The notes beneath the pieces were generated by a model that was given only the letters and a program-made list of their open reading frames with translations, made no database searches and was not told the origin of the DNA. Shown here one piece after another: positions 12,978-24,000 of a stretch of DNA of 64,000 nt; position 1 is the first letter of the stretch; each line of letters begins with the position of its first letter. Both the position numbers and the translations under genes were made by a program. The stretch comes from a virus, in the IMG/VR virus record IMGVR_UViG_3300045988_060821, positions 80,819 through 144,818 of that record; one strand, given 5' to 3'.

Positions 12978-14897
12978 ATGCAATCTTTCTACGGAGGTCC
13001 TGCTGGACAGAGCTTCGAGATTAAAAAGATATTTGAGTCTTATTACGGTCCTGATGGAGCGCAAGTTGACTTAGATAAAGGATGGGCATCTCCTATCTCT
13101 GTGGGCGAATTTGTTATGGTGTCTTATGGCTTGCCATCTGACGCTACATACATGACTCGCATGAACTATGACTTAAATGCGGGTGACAAGAAAAACTTAA
13201 ACTCTACTTTATGGTAGAAAGTATATGACGAGTCTGCGGGAGAGGGAAGTGGTCTTAGCTATAAGCTCATTTCTTCTTGCACCGGTAATACTCCAAAGAT
13301 TAGTATTACAAAACCCGCAATCGTGCTTCATGCGAATGAACAGCCAGACATTGAAACTGATTTATCTAACCAAGATATGCCAGTTATTCAATTTAAGTTG
13401 CCAAGAGCATAGGTATTATCAATGCCGCAAGAAGCAACTGTTCTAAATGCGGATGAAAAGCCAAGTATTGTATATAACGATGATGATATTGACCACCCAA
13501 CCGTGCATTTTAATATTCCGCAGTCTCAAGTAATTGATTAGGTTGCAGTTGATGTTATTGGCGTTGGGGAAGAACCAAAGGTCAGACTTGACTTAACTGA
13601 TATTAACCGACCTGTACTTAAATTCCAACTACCTGTAGCTCAGGAATTTTTAGACAGTAACATTCTTCACGAAGTATTAAATGCTAATGCTGAGCCAACT
13701 GTAAGTTTTGGTTATAGCGAAGAAGATACTCTTCACAAGCATCCTATCTTGACATTCTCTCTGCCTCGTAGCCAAGTAATGGCTGCACCAGAGACGATTA
13801 CTAGAGCGCCAGACTTTGAGCCTAAAGTAACTGATGTTGGAACGGTCAATGAACCTAAATTACATTTTGAATTGCCTCGTGCGGTTAAGTTCTATTATGG
13901 TAGCTTGTTAGGGCAAAGAACCAATAAAACATATACTCTTACCGATCCACTTTTCGCCAATTATGGAGTTGGAGATTACTATATCAATGAATCCACTGGT
14001 TTTATTTATAAAGTAACTAGTAAGACAGATGATACTACTTGTGTCTTTGAATATCAAGCAAGCATTCAGCAACCGCTACCAGTAGTCAACGCTAGTGCTA
14101 TCGCTCCTTATATCGAAGGTGACGAAGGATTTAAACCTGCGGTTCCGCAAGTTAAAAGGACACTAACAAACGCGGAAGGTACCGAATGGCAACTTGAATT
14201 TAAGCTCCCATAGGCTCCGAAGCCCGCAGTTTCTTCTACTTTTGTTGGTTCGGCAGAGCAAGGATCTGTCACTTCTGCTATTACTAGCGAAGACACAGTA
14301 ACCTTTACTTTCAAGATTCCAACTGGTAGTAAGCTATTCGCGGGTCTTGAGATTACAGCCGATGGAGCAACTACCACTATTGATGGCGCGAGAATCGGAG
14401 ATATTTATCTCAATAGCGAGACCGGTGTTTTGTATACTTTAACCGCTAATGGATGGAAAGCTAGTGAGAAGAGTATTAAAGGTCCTGTTGGGGATGCTCT
14501 TAATATTGAAGCTGAATATCATTTAACTGAAACTGCGGAGTTCGCTGCTAGTTTAGCAAATGGTGTCACCTATATTCAGGAACACTATTCTGGTACTATT
14601 GATTCTCATAAAATCTTTGCTATTACTTGGGCTTTGCTTGATAATGGCGGAGATGTATCTTACTGGTATTATAAAACTAATGCTGGTGAGTGGGATAGAG
14701 CGCAATTAACTGGTGGCATTTCTAGTTTAATTGAGCAGTCTTACAAGGAAAATGTTGACAATAAGACTTACTCAGTCAATTATATTAACTCGCTAATTGG
14801 CGGCGATGGAGATACATCAAAAACGGCTTATTCTAAAGATTAGGTATAGAGCCTTGTTTCATGGGGATCTTTCCAAGACCTTATAGAAAAGCCTTGA
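12978..14897 (+). CDS. Fibre-like protein (about 640 aa) with tandem ~30-aa repeats ending in (K/H)F.LP..Q motifs. Recoded TAGs; TGA stop.
   Basis: SD box TAAGGAGG then ATG at 12978. Pieces 13749-14213 and 14430-14843 are in frame. The repeats are ...VIQFKLPRA, HFNIPQSQV, LKFQLPVAQ, LTFSLPRSQ, LHFELPRAV and LEFKLP. Confidence 0.55.
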
Positions 14898-14916
14898 TTA
14901 AAGGGAGGATTTAATA

Positions 14917-15699
14917 ATGGCTTTATTTAAGATTTATAAAGGTGAGGAAGAGCTTCTCACTCAAATTCCCATGCATGAGGGATATGCCTATTTCTGCGAA
15001 GATACAGGCAATCTATTTATTGACATTTCTAATAGTACTGGTGGACGCGTTCAAGTTAACGCATATGCAGCTTCTATTTTGAAGAAAGATACCAAAGAAA
15101 TCGACATTGATGATATCTTTCTTACTAATATGACCGCTACTGTTGCGCAAGGTGGTACTGGACAGAAAACCTTGACAGTTAATGCTTTACTACTCGGTAA
15201 TGGTACTGATGCAGTTAAGATGGTATCTATCGAGAAAGGTGCTATTGTAACTGGAGATTCTACTGATGGCGTCTCTGGTTTGTTAGGTACTGGAGCATTA
15301 TTTGCAGATGTTTCTGGCGTTCCAAAGTTCGGTACTCTACCTATTAAAGCTGGTGGTACCGGTGCTACAACTGCGGCGGCCGCAAGAACTAACCTAGATG
15401 TATATAGTAAGAGCGAGACAGATAATAAGATGGATGAAGTAACTACCGTCTCTTATACTGCTACTCTTGCTCAAGCTAACTGGGTACATTCTGGAGATAC
15501 TTATACCTATTCTTATAGCAATACTAATTTGAAGTGTGGCAAGAATGGTAATGTACCTCCAATCATTTCTTGGATTAGTAATCATGATGATTATAATAAG
15601 ATTGATGACGCACAGGCAACTGTTGGCTCTGGCATTACCTTCACTGCTAGTAAGGCTATTGAGGGAGATATTGAAATCGTCATTATCGACGTGAAATAA
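14917..15699 (+). CDS. Tail fibre protein (260 aa) with the LPIKAGGTGATTAAAARTNL motif common in phage tail fibres.
   Basis: SD box AAAGGGAGG, intact ORF with no TAG, and the Gly/Thr/Ala-rich collagen-like fibre motif. Confidence 0.7.
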   Translation: MALFKIYKGEEELLTQIPMHEGYAYFCEDTGNLFIDISNSTGGRVQVNAYAASILKKDTKEIDIDDIFLTNMTATVAQGGTGQKTLTVNALLLGNGTDAVKMVSIEKGAIVTGDSTDGVSGLLGTGALFADVSGVPKFGTLPIKAGGTGATTAAAARTNLDVYSKSETDNKMDEVTTVSYTATLAQANWVHSGDTYTYSYSNTNLKCGKNGNVPPIISWISNHDDYNKIDDAQATVGSGITFTASKAIEGDIEIVIIDVK

Positions 15700-15708
15700 A
15701 CAAAAAAA

Positions 15709-15750
15709 AAATAGGGGAGAACCTTTTAATTAAGGTTCTCCCCTATTTTT
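15709..15750. terminator. Strong bidirectional rho-independent terminator (AGGGGAGAACC-TTTTAATTAA-GGTTCTCCCCT) flanked by an A-run and a T-run.
   Basis: 11-bp perfect inverted repeat sitting between the convergent genes 14917-15699 (+) and 15755-16210 (-). Confidence 0.85.
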
Positions 15751-15754
15751 CGTT

Positions 15755-16210
15755 TTAATGGCAAACTTTGTCTTTAAGATGGTAGTGCGGAATTTCCTCG
15801 CCAAACCATTTCCAACGGAGATAGTCGTCGAGAAAGATAGCTATAAGAGCTAATCCGAACCATGCGAGTGAGAAAGGAAGACAAACCTGCCCCAATATAT
15901 TGAAAGGTAAGTTTGAATAGTCCCAAATTCCTAGCTTTAGGACTAGATTCAAAATTACGCCGAATACAAATTCAAGTGAGGTAACTATTGCGGCTCCAAT
16001 AGCCCCTTGTTTAATGATAGACATTTCCCAAGGTATAACCTCGTTTATCTCTCCAATAAGAACGAAACAAAGTCCGCCTAGGAGAAACATTGACCAATGT
16101 ATCATACCTCCACTAATGAAGGTCTTAAACAAGAACTCTATAATAAAATAGAGAGAACCTCCAACAGTGAATAAGGTAAGAAACTTATTCAGTTTAGTCC
16201 GCATAATCAA
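15755..16210 (-). CDS. Multi-pass integral membrane protein (151 aa).
   Basis: Intact ORF with a TAA stop at 15755-15757 and four or more hydrophobic helices. Confidence 0.5.
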   Translation of the reverse strand: MIMRTKLNKFLTLFTVGGSLYFIIEFLFKTFISGGMIHWSMFLLGGLCFVLIGEINEVIPWEMSIIKQGAIGAAIVTSLEFVFGVILNLVLKLGIWDYSNLPFNILGQVCLPFSLAWFGLALIAIFLDDYLRWKWFGEEIPHYHLKDKVCH

Positions 16211-16850
16211 GCTCTACCTGTTCTAGCTCCTCTAAAGAAGCTGCTCCATAAATAGAGATTTTATACTACTGCATTTGACGATACATTGGATATACAGCCG
16301 CAGAGATGGACATAGACAATGCAACAAGATTTTCTAATGTCCAAGGCTAGCACTCTTCGTGTCGAGCGTGCCATTCCAGAATTGGAGATTCAATACCTGC
16401 CTGAACGGCGATCTGATATTGACTTAAGTTAAGACTAATCTCAGATTGATCCTCCATTGTAACTCCATATTCTTTTCCATCTGTCCATGTTAATGGATGA
16501 GAAGCAAGATACTCTGCGAAAAGTAGCTTGTTCTTCTCTTGCTTAAGCTCTTTAGCTTCATCTAAACTATAACGATAAACAAAACTCTGAGTTTCATTGT
16601 CGAACTTATATAGATTAGGTGTAACATTGGATGGAATTTCTTCAACTTCGATAACGCGAACTGCGTTAGGAGAGTTGATTGTATCAGCTTGAATTAAGAC
16701 ATAATGAGTGTCGCAATCAGAGCCAATAACCCCAGTGCCTTCTTCTTCTGAACAGGCAACGACAATACCATTGGAAGATTGCAGTTTAATGTAACGAAGA
16801 TTGTCGAGAATATCAACTACAATATTCCCACGATTTAATAATACATACAT
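16194..16850 (-). CDS. Hypothetical protein (about 218 aa, 3 recoded TAG). Its ATG overlaps the RT stop (TAATG).
   Basis: ORF 16347-16850 continues through TAG at 16347-16349 to TAA at 16194-16196. It is translationally coupled to the RT. Confidence 0.45.
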
Positions 16851-18115
16851 TACTTTATTTCAACTCCTTTGAATAGTGAACGAAAATAATTATCCATATC
16901 TTGGATAATATAGAAGCTAGATCCTTTAGCGATATGTGCTCTCCAACCTTGATAAGATTTCTGAATTTCTTCAGTAGGAATTTTACCTTGTTGCCATAAA
17001 GCAGCCATTTTACGCAATTTTCTGCGCTAATGAACAATCTTTTTCTTAAAAGGTATCTAGATTACATGATTTGTAGTAGTTAAATAGAAATTCCATTTAA
17101 GATACTTAAATGGAGTGCCATGAACCTTATCTTTAGGTGCGATAGGGGTAATGCGCGAGATAGTGGTTTTCTTCTAGTTAAGAGTAAGACCTATATCTTT
17201 TAATTTCTTCTCTATCTTAGCTTTACATTCTGCTAAGTATTTGCTATCGTTACATAGAAGATAAGAATCATCCATGTAGCGTCCATAATACTTAATATGT
17301 AATTCTTCTTTAATGAAATGGTCAACTTCGTTCAAAGCTAGCAATGCAAATAACTGTGATGTCTAACTGCCTAGTCCAAGACTTTTAGCTTCACACTCAT
17401 AATATTGATGATGCGGCCGGAAAGACTGGATATCCGCAGGTATATATTTTCTACCTTTAGCAATATAATACTATTTGCCCGGAATTGGATGCTTATCTTT
17501 TGTTAGCTTAAAAGAAAATGTATCAATTAGGTATGAGCATAATTCATAGACTTGAGGATCTTTAATAACACGCTTAGCGATTTCTTTAAGAGCCTCATGG
17601 TCGATAGAATCAAAGTATTTACGAATATCAATTCGTAAAGCAAAGAAATCGTTTCCTAATCCGTACTCTCTATGAGCCATCTGTAAATGTTTCTTTGCTC
17701 TTGCTAAAGCAAAATCTATACCTCTATTTTTAAGCGTTGCATAGTTATCATAAATAAACTTAGGAGTTAATTCTGGTAGTAAGCTCTATTCACATAGGGC
17801 ATTTTGTACCAGTCTGTCGTTGATATGACACGCTCTTATATCTCGTGGCTTACCTCGTTCAATGATTGAGAAACAACTAAACACAAGCTGCTTGTATTCA
17901 CAAGCTCGCAAATCGGCTTCTGTTTGTAAGATTGTTTCAATTCTATTCTCTTCAAAATTGATTGTACTATCTTTCCATCGAACATTTCGACAAACTCGAT
18001 AAGAGGAATCATATAATGCGTCAAAACTACAAAAACGCTCGAAAGATGTCTACTACTAACTCAACTTCTTTCTCCTTATCATACAGTAATAGCGGTCACT
18101 TCGCGAGTTCCGCAT
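16850..18115 (-). CDS. Diversity-generating-retroelement reverse transcriptase (about 420 aa), read through about 9 recoded TAG codons.
   Basis: The frame of ORF 17471-17680 carries the RT motif-2 sequence FDSIDH (RIDIRKYFDSIDHEAL). Extending that frame through TAG codons gives YYGRYMDDSYLL (YxDD catalytic motif) and GLTLNQKKTTI downstream. The gene ends at TAA 16850-16852. Confidence 0.85.
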
Positions 18116-18368
18116 CTGTAATCGTATTTATTTATCCGTCGCAAGGACGAAATAGTCAAGTTCTCCTTAGATGAAAAGGCATCTACCTATAATATACTAT
18201 TTAATAATATGTTCTATTCCTTCTCCTTCTTAGTCCACAAAGGTGAACCAATGCATCCAGAATAAACCATAATTAGATGGACAATAATATATTCTGGGGT
18301 ACTATTCTAGGTGTTGCTCGTCTGCGCTGCTTCGCAGCTTGACTTGCAACGTGATAGCTCCATCTAAT

Positions 18369-18468
18369 CCGGCGCGAGGCCATTGCTGTTGTTGTAGTTG
18401 TTGTTGTTCGCGTTCCCGTTGTTGTTGACATTGCACACGTTGTTCGAGTTGTTGTAGTTGCGCGAGCG
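18369..18468 (-). repeat. DGR template repeat (TR). The coding-strand sequence is AAC-rich (translating to RSRNYNNSNNVCNVNNNGNANNNNYNNSNGLAP).
   Basis: 100-bp near-repeat of 19097-19196 at offset +728. There are 22 mismatches; 21 of them fall at TR adenines on the minus (coding) strand. Confidence 0.85.
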
Positions 18469-18500
18469 AAAAATACAGAACTTGACATCTTGTAAAATCA

Positions 18501-18995
18501 TTACCGACCTCTTCTATAACTCTTTGGCTTCTAGTAGGAATGCTCGTAGATTAAATAATCTCGATTAACTCTATCCTATAAAGTTTCCTTCATAGCTTTT
18601 GTTAAACGAGCAAGATGCTCAAAAGAGCGTCGTTTCTTCTGATTGGTCTATGCGTATTCGAAGATACAGAGATCGATTTGACGAAAGATACTATCACAAT
18701 AAGCGATAGCCTAATTCCAATATTTCTTTCGTGCAATTAGAGTTTCCTAACTATTCAAGTAGATTTCACTAGCTTGATAGCAGGCGGCATGTATGCCTTT
18801 TCCGCATTTAATAATATCTAACCCGAAGGCTTGGAAAGGTTGTCCCTCTCCAAGCAATCCGGGCTTTTTAACTTGTTTTCCAGATTCGTCAAACTCTCTA
18901 GGACGAGTTAAGACTAAAATGTAATTTACCAGTTCGCGTGATTTCTGGAGACATTCACGCTTGGATTTATGTCGATCTTTTGTTTTTACAGACAA
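18501..18995 (-). CDS. Candidate Avd (accessory variability determinant)-like small basic protein (about 165 aa, 5 recoded TAG), located between VR and TR.
   Basis: ORF 18747-18995 extends through TAGs to TAA at 18501-18503. It is basic with K/R-rich termini, and its position matches the canonical DGR order. Homology cannot be verified by eye. Confidence 0.4.
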
Positions 18996-19076
18996 AATTA
19001 ACGCCTTCCTTTCTCATTATTTATATGAGAAAACTGGCTAACATTTTAATCTATGCTGCCCCACCTTTGAAAGTTT

Positions 19077-20852
19077 TTAATTACCAATGACGAAAGCCGG
19101 CGCGAGGCCAAAGCTGTCGTTGTAGCGGCCGTAGTACGCGTTCCCGCTGCCGGTGATAAGGCACACGGCGTTCGAGTAGCTGCAGTAGCGCGAGCGCTCC
19201 CATGGATAACCGTAGCTACTTGTGGATGTATCTCCTAAATACATGATGCGTGTAGCATTACTGGTATAATAACTATACGCAAAATTCTTACCCTAAGTAC
19301 ATTCTGCTTTTGATGTAGTAGAATTGGCAATAGAAAGAGGAGAATAAATATCAAGACCAAATTCTCTTTCAGAAAGCAAGAATACTGTTTCGTCATTATA
19401 AGTTACATTTTGATTTCTGTCACCATAATTGGGGCAAGTACCTTTTTTAATTGTCTTAATGGCTGCTTTACCGGGGAAGGCATTATAGTAATTTTGACAC
19501 AGGCTTCTAGCTGTAGAACCAATCCAAGCTGCATTACTACCAAAAGTAGTATATTGACTTAAACAGTTTTTAGTCTGGAATGTAACTGTATTATTAGCAT
19601 CTTGATCTACGCCAATAACTCTAATTAAGTGAGTAGTAGTACCTAAAACTGCGCTTGAAAGCGTTACAGATTTAGTTGTACCAAGAATGGCACCACCGCT
19701 ACTAGTCTTAATAGATGTACCAGTATGAGAAGCAAGATAGTTCTTTAGTCCCGTAAACCATGCTGCATCAACAGTACCACCATCAGCGCCCCAAGACCAA
19801 TATTCTGCGCTAACGGTAATTGTCTTATTGGCAGGAGCAGTATGGTTAGTACCTGCGGCGACACTAATAGTAATAGTTTTTGCGGAAACCGCAGTAGAAC
19901 CATTACCTTTAATGGTAAGAGTATTGCCATTAAGAGATAGTGTTAAACCAGAAATACTAGTAGGACTGTAGCTAATAGCGCCATCACCGGTGCGAGTAAT
20001 AGTAACAGCTACACCGGAACTATAGTTATTACCATTAATAGCTACTGTTGTTGGGTTTACATTCAAACTACCTGTTGCTTTGTTGATTGTCCAGTTGACA
20101 TTAATTGCGGTGGTCGTTCCGTCCGTCCAGCGATAATTGCTTCCTGGTGTAAAGGTAGCAATATAAGTGCCAGCATTAGTTGCAGATGTTGTGCCACCGA
20201 TAGTCATGTAACTAGCATTGTAGTTATTCCAATAACTGGTGCTACTAACAGATTGCGCGCTTCCAGTATATGTAAGATTACTCTTCCACGTAGGTTTAGC
20301 TACAGACTTACGATTGACTGTGACATTAAAAGTCGCAGTTTGAGTAATTCCATTTTCTGTGTAGCTAACTGTAACTACTTGATTTCCAACAGTTGAGAAA
20401 GTTGTTGGAGAACAAGAGTAACCAGTTACAGTTTTAGTTTGAGAATCGGAATAACTAGCTGTTACTACCATTCCCGTGGTAACAAGAGTATCTCCATACT
20501 CATAAGTCAACTTATTGGGTTTAGTAGTTACAGCAATCGTGGAGAGCCTATGCGTGACTGTGACTGCTAGAGTCGTAGTGCAAGTTTCTCCGCCCTCAGA
20601 GTAGGTGATGGTTACGGAAGTAGTACCATCAGTTAAGACGCTAGGGGATACAGAATATCCACTAACTTCTGCGGTTGCTAGAACCGCTTGCCCAGTACCA
20701 TAAGATGCGGTAACGACCATACCGGCGCTATTGAAGCTGTCGCCCGCAAGATAGCTGGTCTTAGTAGGCTTAGTGGTGACTTCGATCTTCATAAGAACGA
20801 TGCCGCTTCCTCCACCTTTTCCGCCTTGCTCAGCTAAAATACACTTAGGCAA
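19077..20852 (-). CDS. DGR target protein (about 591 aa): Ig-like (BIG2-type) repeats followed by a C-terminal C-type-lectin/FGE-like variable domain. One recoded TAG at 19293-19295.
   Basis: Strong SD box GAAGGAGG then TTG at 20852 (alternative ATG at 20792). ORF 19293-20996 reads through the TAG to TAA at 19077-19079. The VR occupies the last ~35 codons. It carries repeated VTASY...TVTV Ig-like modules. Confidence 0.8.
19097..19196 (-). repeat. DGR variable repeat (VR) at the 3' end of the target gene. It includes an invariant GC-rich 14-bp 3' element (TGGCCTCGCGCCGG on the coding strand; IMH-like).
   Basis: See the TR entry. The VR codons encode RSRYCSYSNAVCLITGSGNAYYGRYNDSFGLAP. Confidence 0.85.
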
Positions 20853-21106
20853 GATTATAACCTCCTTCGTATCTAGCTCTTTTAAAAATGCCAAAAGATT
20901 TTCCGAGAAAAAGTACACTTTTTTATGGGAAAAATACTCCCAGAAACTAGATAATAAAAAATTGGGAAAAAGGTATAGAAACCCTTTTCCCTTCAAGTAG
21001 GTATCTTACCTTTTCAGATATACATAAAAAACAAGCTAAGAAAATTATTTATGATTGACCAAAGCCCAGTTAAGTGTACTTTTTAGAAGATGAAAGGAGA
21101 ATTAAA

Positions 21107-22138
21107 GTGAGCTTAAAATGTATTTTGCAAGGTCAAGATTCGAAAAACTTGGCTACTAAAATTGAATTGAATTAGCATATAGAAAATAAAAGCAATCCGC
21201 ATGAAGTAACAGCGTAGCAAGTTGGAGCAATTAAGTTTACAAATAGATATGTAGCAGGTACAGAAGAAGAGATTGATAATGCATTAGAGACTATGATTAG
21301 CGCTGGATTACCTGGCGATACACTCTTTGGAGAAATCGTTATATCTGCTAATAATTTGAGTCTATTAGGTGGCGGATGGTCCATTCGTTTACATCAAGGA
21401 AATGCTGGATATGCTGATGTAATTGCTACTATCATGGCTGATGATGTTATTAGAACTAAAACTCGCGTAAAATATTAGGGAGCGTGGATGCCGTGGCAAA
21501 ACTTATCAGATGATAATTCTATTAGTTAGGCCACAAAAGGATTCGGCTTAGGAAATACCGTAGGATACGTTCTATTAGATGCTAATACAGCTATTTATGG
21601 AGGATTTTATTATTGGGGACCAACAGCTCTTAATGTACCATTTTTATACGGTGCGATGATAGTTATTCCCAGATCAGCAAGTTCTAGTAATAAACCTAGC
21701 TTAACTCAAATTGCTTCGCAAGAGACTAGCGGAATATTAGAAACTCATGCGATATTGGCTGTACGAAAGGCTAGTGATAATGGAGATGGATCTTGGGGAG
21801 AATGGGAATACATCAACCCTCCCATGGAGTCAGGCGTCGAGTACCGCACCACGGAACGGTTCTGGGGAAGACCAGTATATTATAAAATCGTTGATTGTGG
21901 ACAGATTGCGGACAATAAACAAGTGGAACACGGAGTTGCGAATACGCGAGATTGCATATTTTGCCAAGGATTGCGTGGCGCTATGCCAATGCCTAGCATT
22001 TCCAACAATGATTTGTCAGACCAATGGAGCTATTATGTTGCTGACGTTAATCGTACAAAAATCACACTTGCGTGCGGCACAGCCGCGGCAGTAGGTAACT
22101 GCCATGTAATACTCAAATACACCAAAACCACAGATTAA
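21107..22138 (+). CDS. Hypothetical fibre or receptor-binding-like protein (about 343 aa, 4 recoded TAG).
   Basis: SD box GAAAGGAG then GTG at 21107. Pieces 21293-21478 and 21656-22138 are in the same frame. TAA at 22136-22138. Confidence 0.45.
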
Positions 22139-22148
22139 GGAGGGTCCC

Positions 22149-22742
22149 ATGAAACTCATCAAATATCAACTTTGCACGGAGATTAACCACGGCACAGAGG
22201 ATGAGCCGCAGATTGAGCAGGTTTTCTCCGCTGTCACACTTGGCTGGAGCGAAGTCAATGAGGAAATCGCCAAAGTGGAAGCCTACAATGGCAAATATAC
22301 CATTGAAGAAGAACCAGATAATCGTCCATTCGAAGAAATTCAAACAGAAAAGCTATCTAGTCTCTCAGAAATTTGCAATCAAACTATCGTCACTGGTATG
22401 GACGTAGAAACAACAGAAGGTATGGAACATTTTAGCCTTGAAGAAACAGATCAAATTAACTTAACGACAGCTCTATCTGCAATTGAACAAGGAGCCAAGG
22501 GATATCCCTACCATGCAGATAAAAAATTATGTCGTATGTTTACCGCTGTAGAACTTAAGGCTATCGCCGAAAAAGCTACCGCGCATAAATTATATCATAC
22601 GACTCTCTGCAATCACCTCTTAATTCTAGCAAGACGTGCGACCACAACCGCAGAATTGGATAAAATTACTTATTCTGCGGATTGCCTTCCTCCTGATCTC
22701 GCGGAGAATATGAAGAAGGTTCTAGTTGCGGCGGGTTACTGA
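22149..22742 (+). CDS. Hypothetical protein, possibly tail-fibre assembly or chaperone-like (197 aa).
   Basis: SD box TAAGGAGGG then ATG; intact ORF; TGA stop. Its position after a fibre-like gene and weak resemblance to fibre-assembly proteins are the only support. Confidence 0.35.
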   Translation: MKLIKYQLCTEINHGTEDEPQIEQVFSAVTLGWSEVNEEIAKVEAYNGKYTIEEEPDNRPFEEIQTEKLSSLSEICNQTIVTGMDVETTEGMEHFSLEETDQINLTTALSAIEQGAKGYPYHADKKLCRMFTAVELKAIAEKATAHKLYHTTLCNHLLILARRATTTAELDKITYSADCLPPDLAENMKKVLVAAGY

Positions 22743-22765
22743 ATAATTTTACCAAAAAATTTGGC

Positions 22766-22795
22766 AAAGTTGTTAAATCAACTTTGCCAATTTTT
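22766..22795. repeat. Perfect 30-bp palindrome TTGGCAAAGTTG-TTAAAT-CAACTTTGCCAA followed by a T-run. Either a terminator or a recombinase binding site.
   Basis: Seen directly. It lies between the TGA of 22149-22742 and the serine recombinase start. Confidence 0.6.
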
Positions 22796-22817
22796 ATTAT
22801 ATAATGAGGTGATAAAG

Positions 22818-23423
<606 letters not shown>

Positions 23424-23472
23424 TCAATCTTCCTTTTGTTTGATATATTATATACAATAAGGAGGAATTATT

Positions 23473-23856
23473 ATGCCAGAAATTGTGATTCAGATTATCC
23501 AGGTATGTGTTATTCCTTTGCTCGGTATTTTAACTAAATATCTCGTTGACTACTTGACTGCTAAGCGCAATGAGATTAACTCTAAGACCGATAATGAGAC
23601 TGCTCAGAAGTACACTAATATGATTTATCAGACTGTTGTTGATTGCGTTATTGCAACCAATCAAACCTATGTAGATAGCTTGAAGAAATCTGGAAGCTTC
23701 GATGAAGCAGCTCAGAAGGAAGCATTTAACCGCACAATGAACGCTATTATGACTATTCTAAGTGACGATGCTAAGGAATATATTACCGAGGCTACAGGTG
23801 ACTTAAATACTTATCTCACTCAGTTAATTGAGGCTGAAGTCAATAAGCGCAAATAA
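23473..23856 (+). CDS. Small membrane protein with one N-terminal TM helix and an amphipathic tail (possible holin or anti-holin-like).
   Basis: 127 aa. Hydrophobic segment IVIQIIQVCVIPLLGILTKYLV. Followed by a terminator. Confidence 0.35.
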   Translation: MPEIVIQIIQVCVIPLLGILTKYLVDYLTAKRNEINSKTDNETAQKYTNMIYQTVVDCVIATNQTYVDSLKKSGSFDEAAQKEAFNRTMNAIMTILSDDAKEYITEATGDLNTYLTQLIEAEVNKRK

Positions 23857-23865
23857 CAAGAAAAA

Positions 23866-23897
23866 GGGAGCCTATTAGGCTCCCTATATTTTTTTTC
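23866..23897 (+). terminator. Rho-independent terminator (AGGGAGCCTA-TTA-GGCTCCCT plus T8).
   Basis: Perfect stem followed by TTTTTTTT. Confidence 0.8.
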
Positions 23898-23908
23898 AAA
23901 AAAATTGG

Positions 23909-23945
23909 CAAAATTTTTGGCAAAAATGTAAAATCGTCCATAGAC
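23909..23945 (+). promoter_or_regulatory. Candidate sigma-A-type promoter: TTGGCA - 18 nt - TGnTAAAAT (extended -10), containing two direct TTGGCAAAA repeats.
   Basis: Read by eye. It lies upstream of the SD-equipped gene at 24001. Confidence 0.35.
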
Positions 23946-24000
23946 GATTTTCATATACTAATGAAAGGTCAAAGGAAATATTTTTTAGGAGGTAAAAATT

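Larger units (their letters stand above)
16850..20852 (-). mobile_element. Complete diversity-generating retroelement cassette: target-VR / avd-like / TR / RT.
   Basis: Canonical gene order plus an A-specific TR/VR mismatch pattern. Confidence 0.8.

Noticed and set aside
18273-18488. 71-aa minus-strand ORF rich in Thr/Arg (TTTTRTT...).
   Set aside because: It is merely the out-of-frame translation of the AAC-rich DGR template repeat, not a gene.
19293-20996. N-terminal extension of the DGR target ORF back to 20996 (MKGKGFLYLFPNFLL...).
   Set aside because: The extension translates promoter-like AT-rich sequence. A strong GAAGGAGG SD box precedes TTG at 20852 (and ATG at 20792), so the start was placed there.
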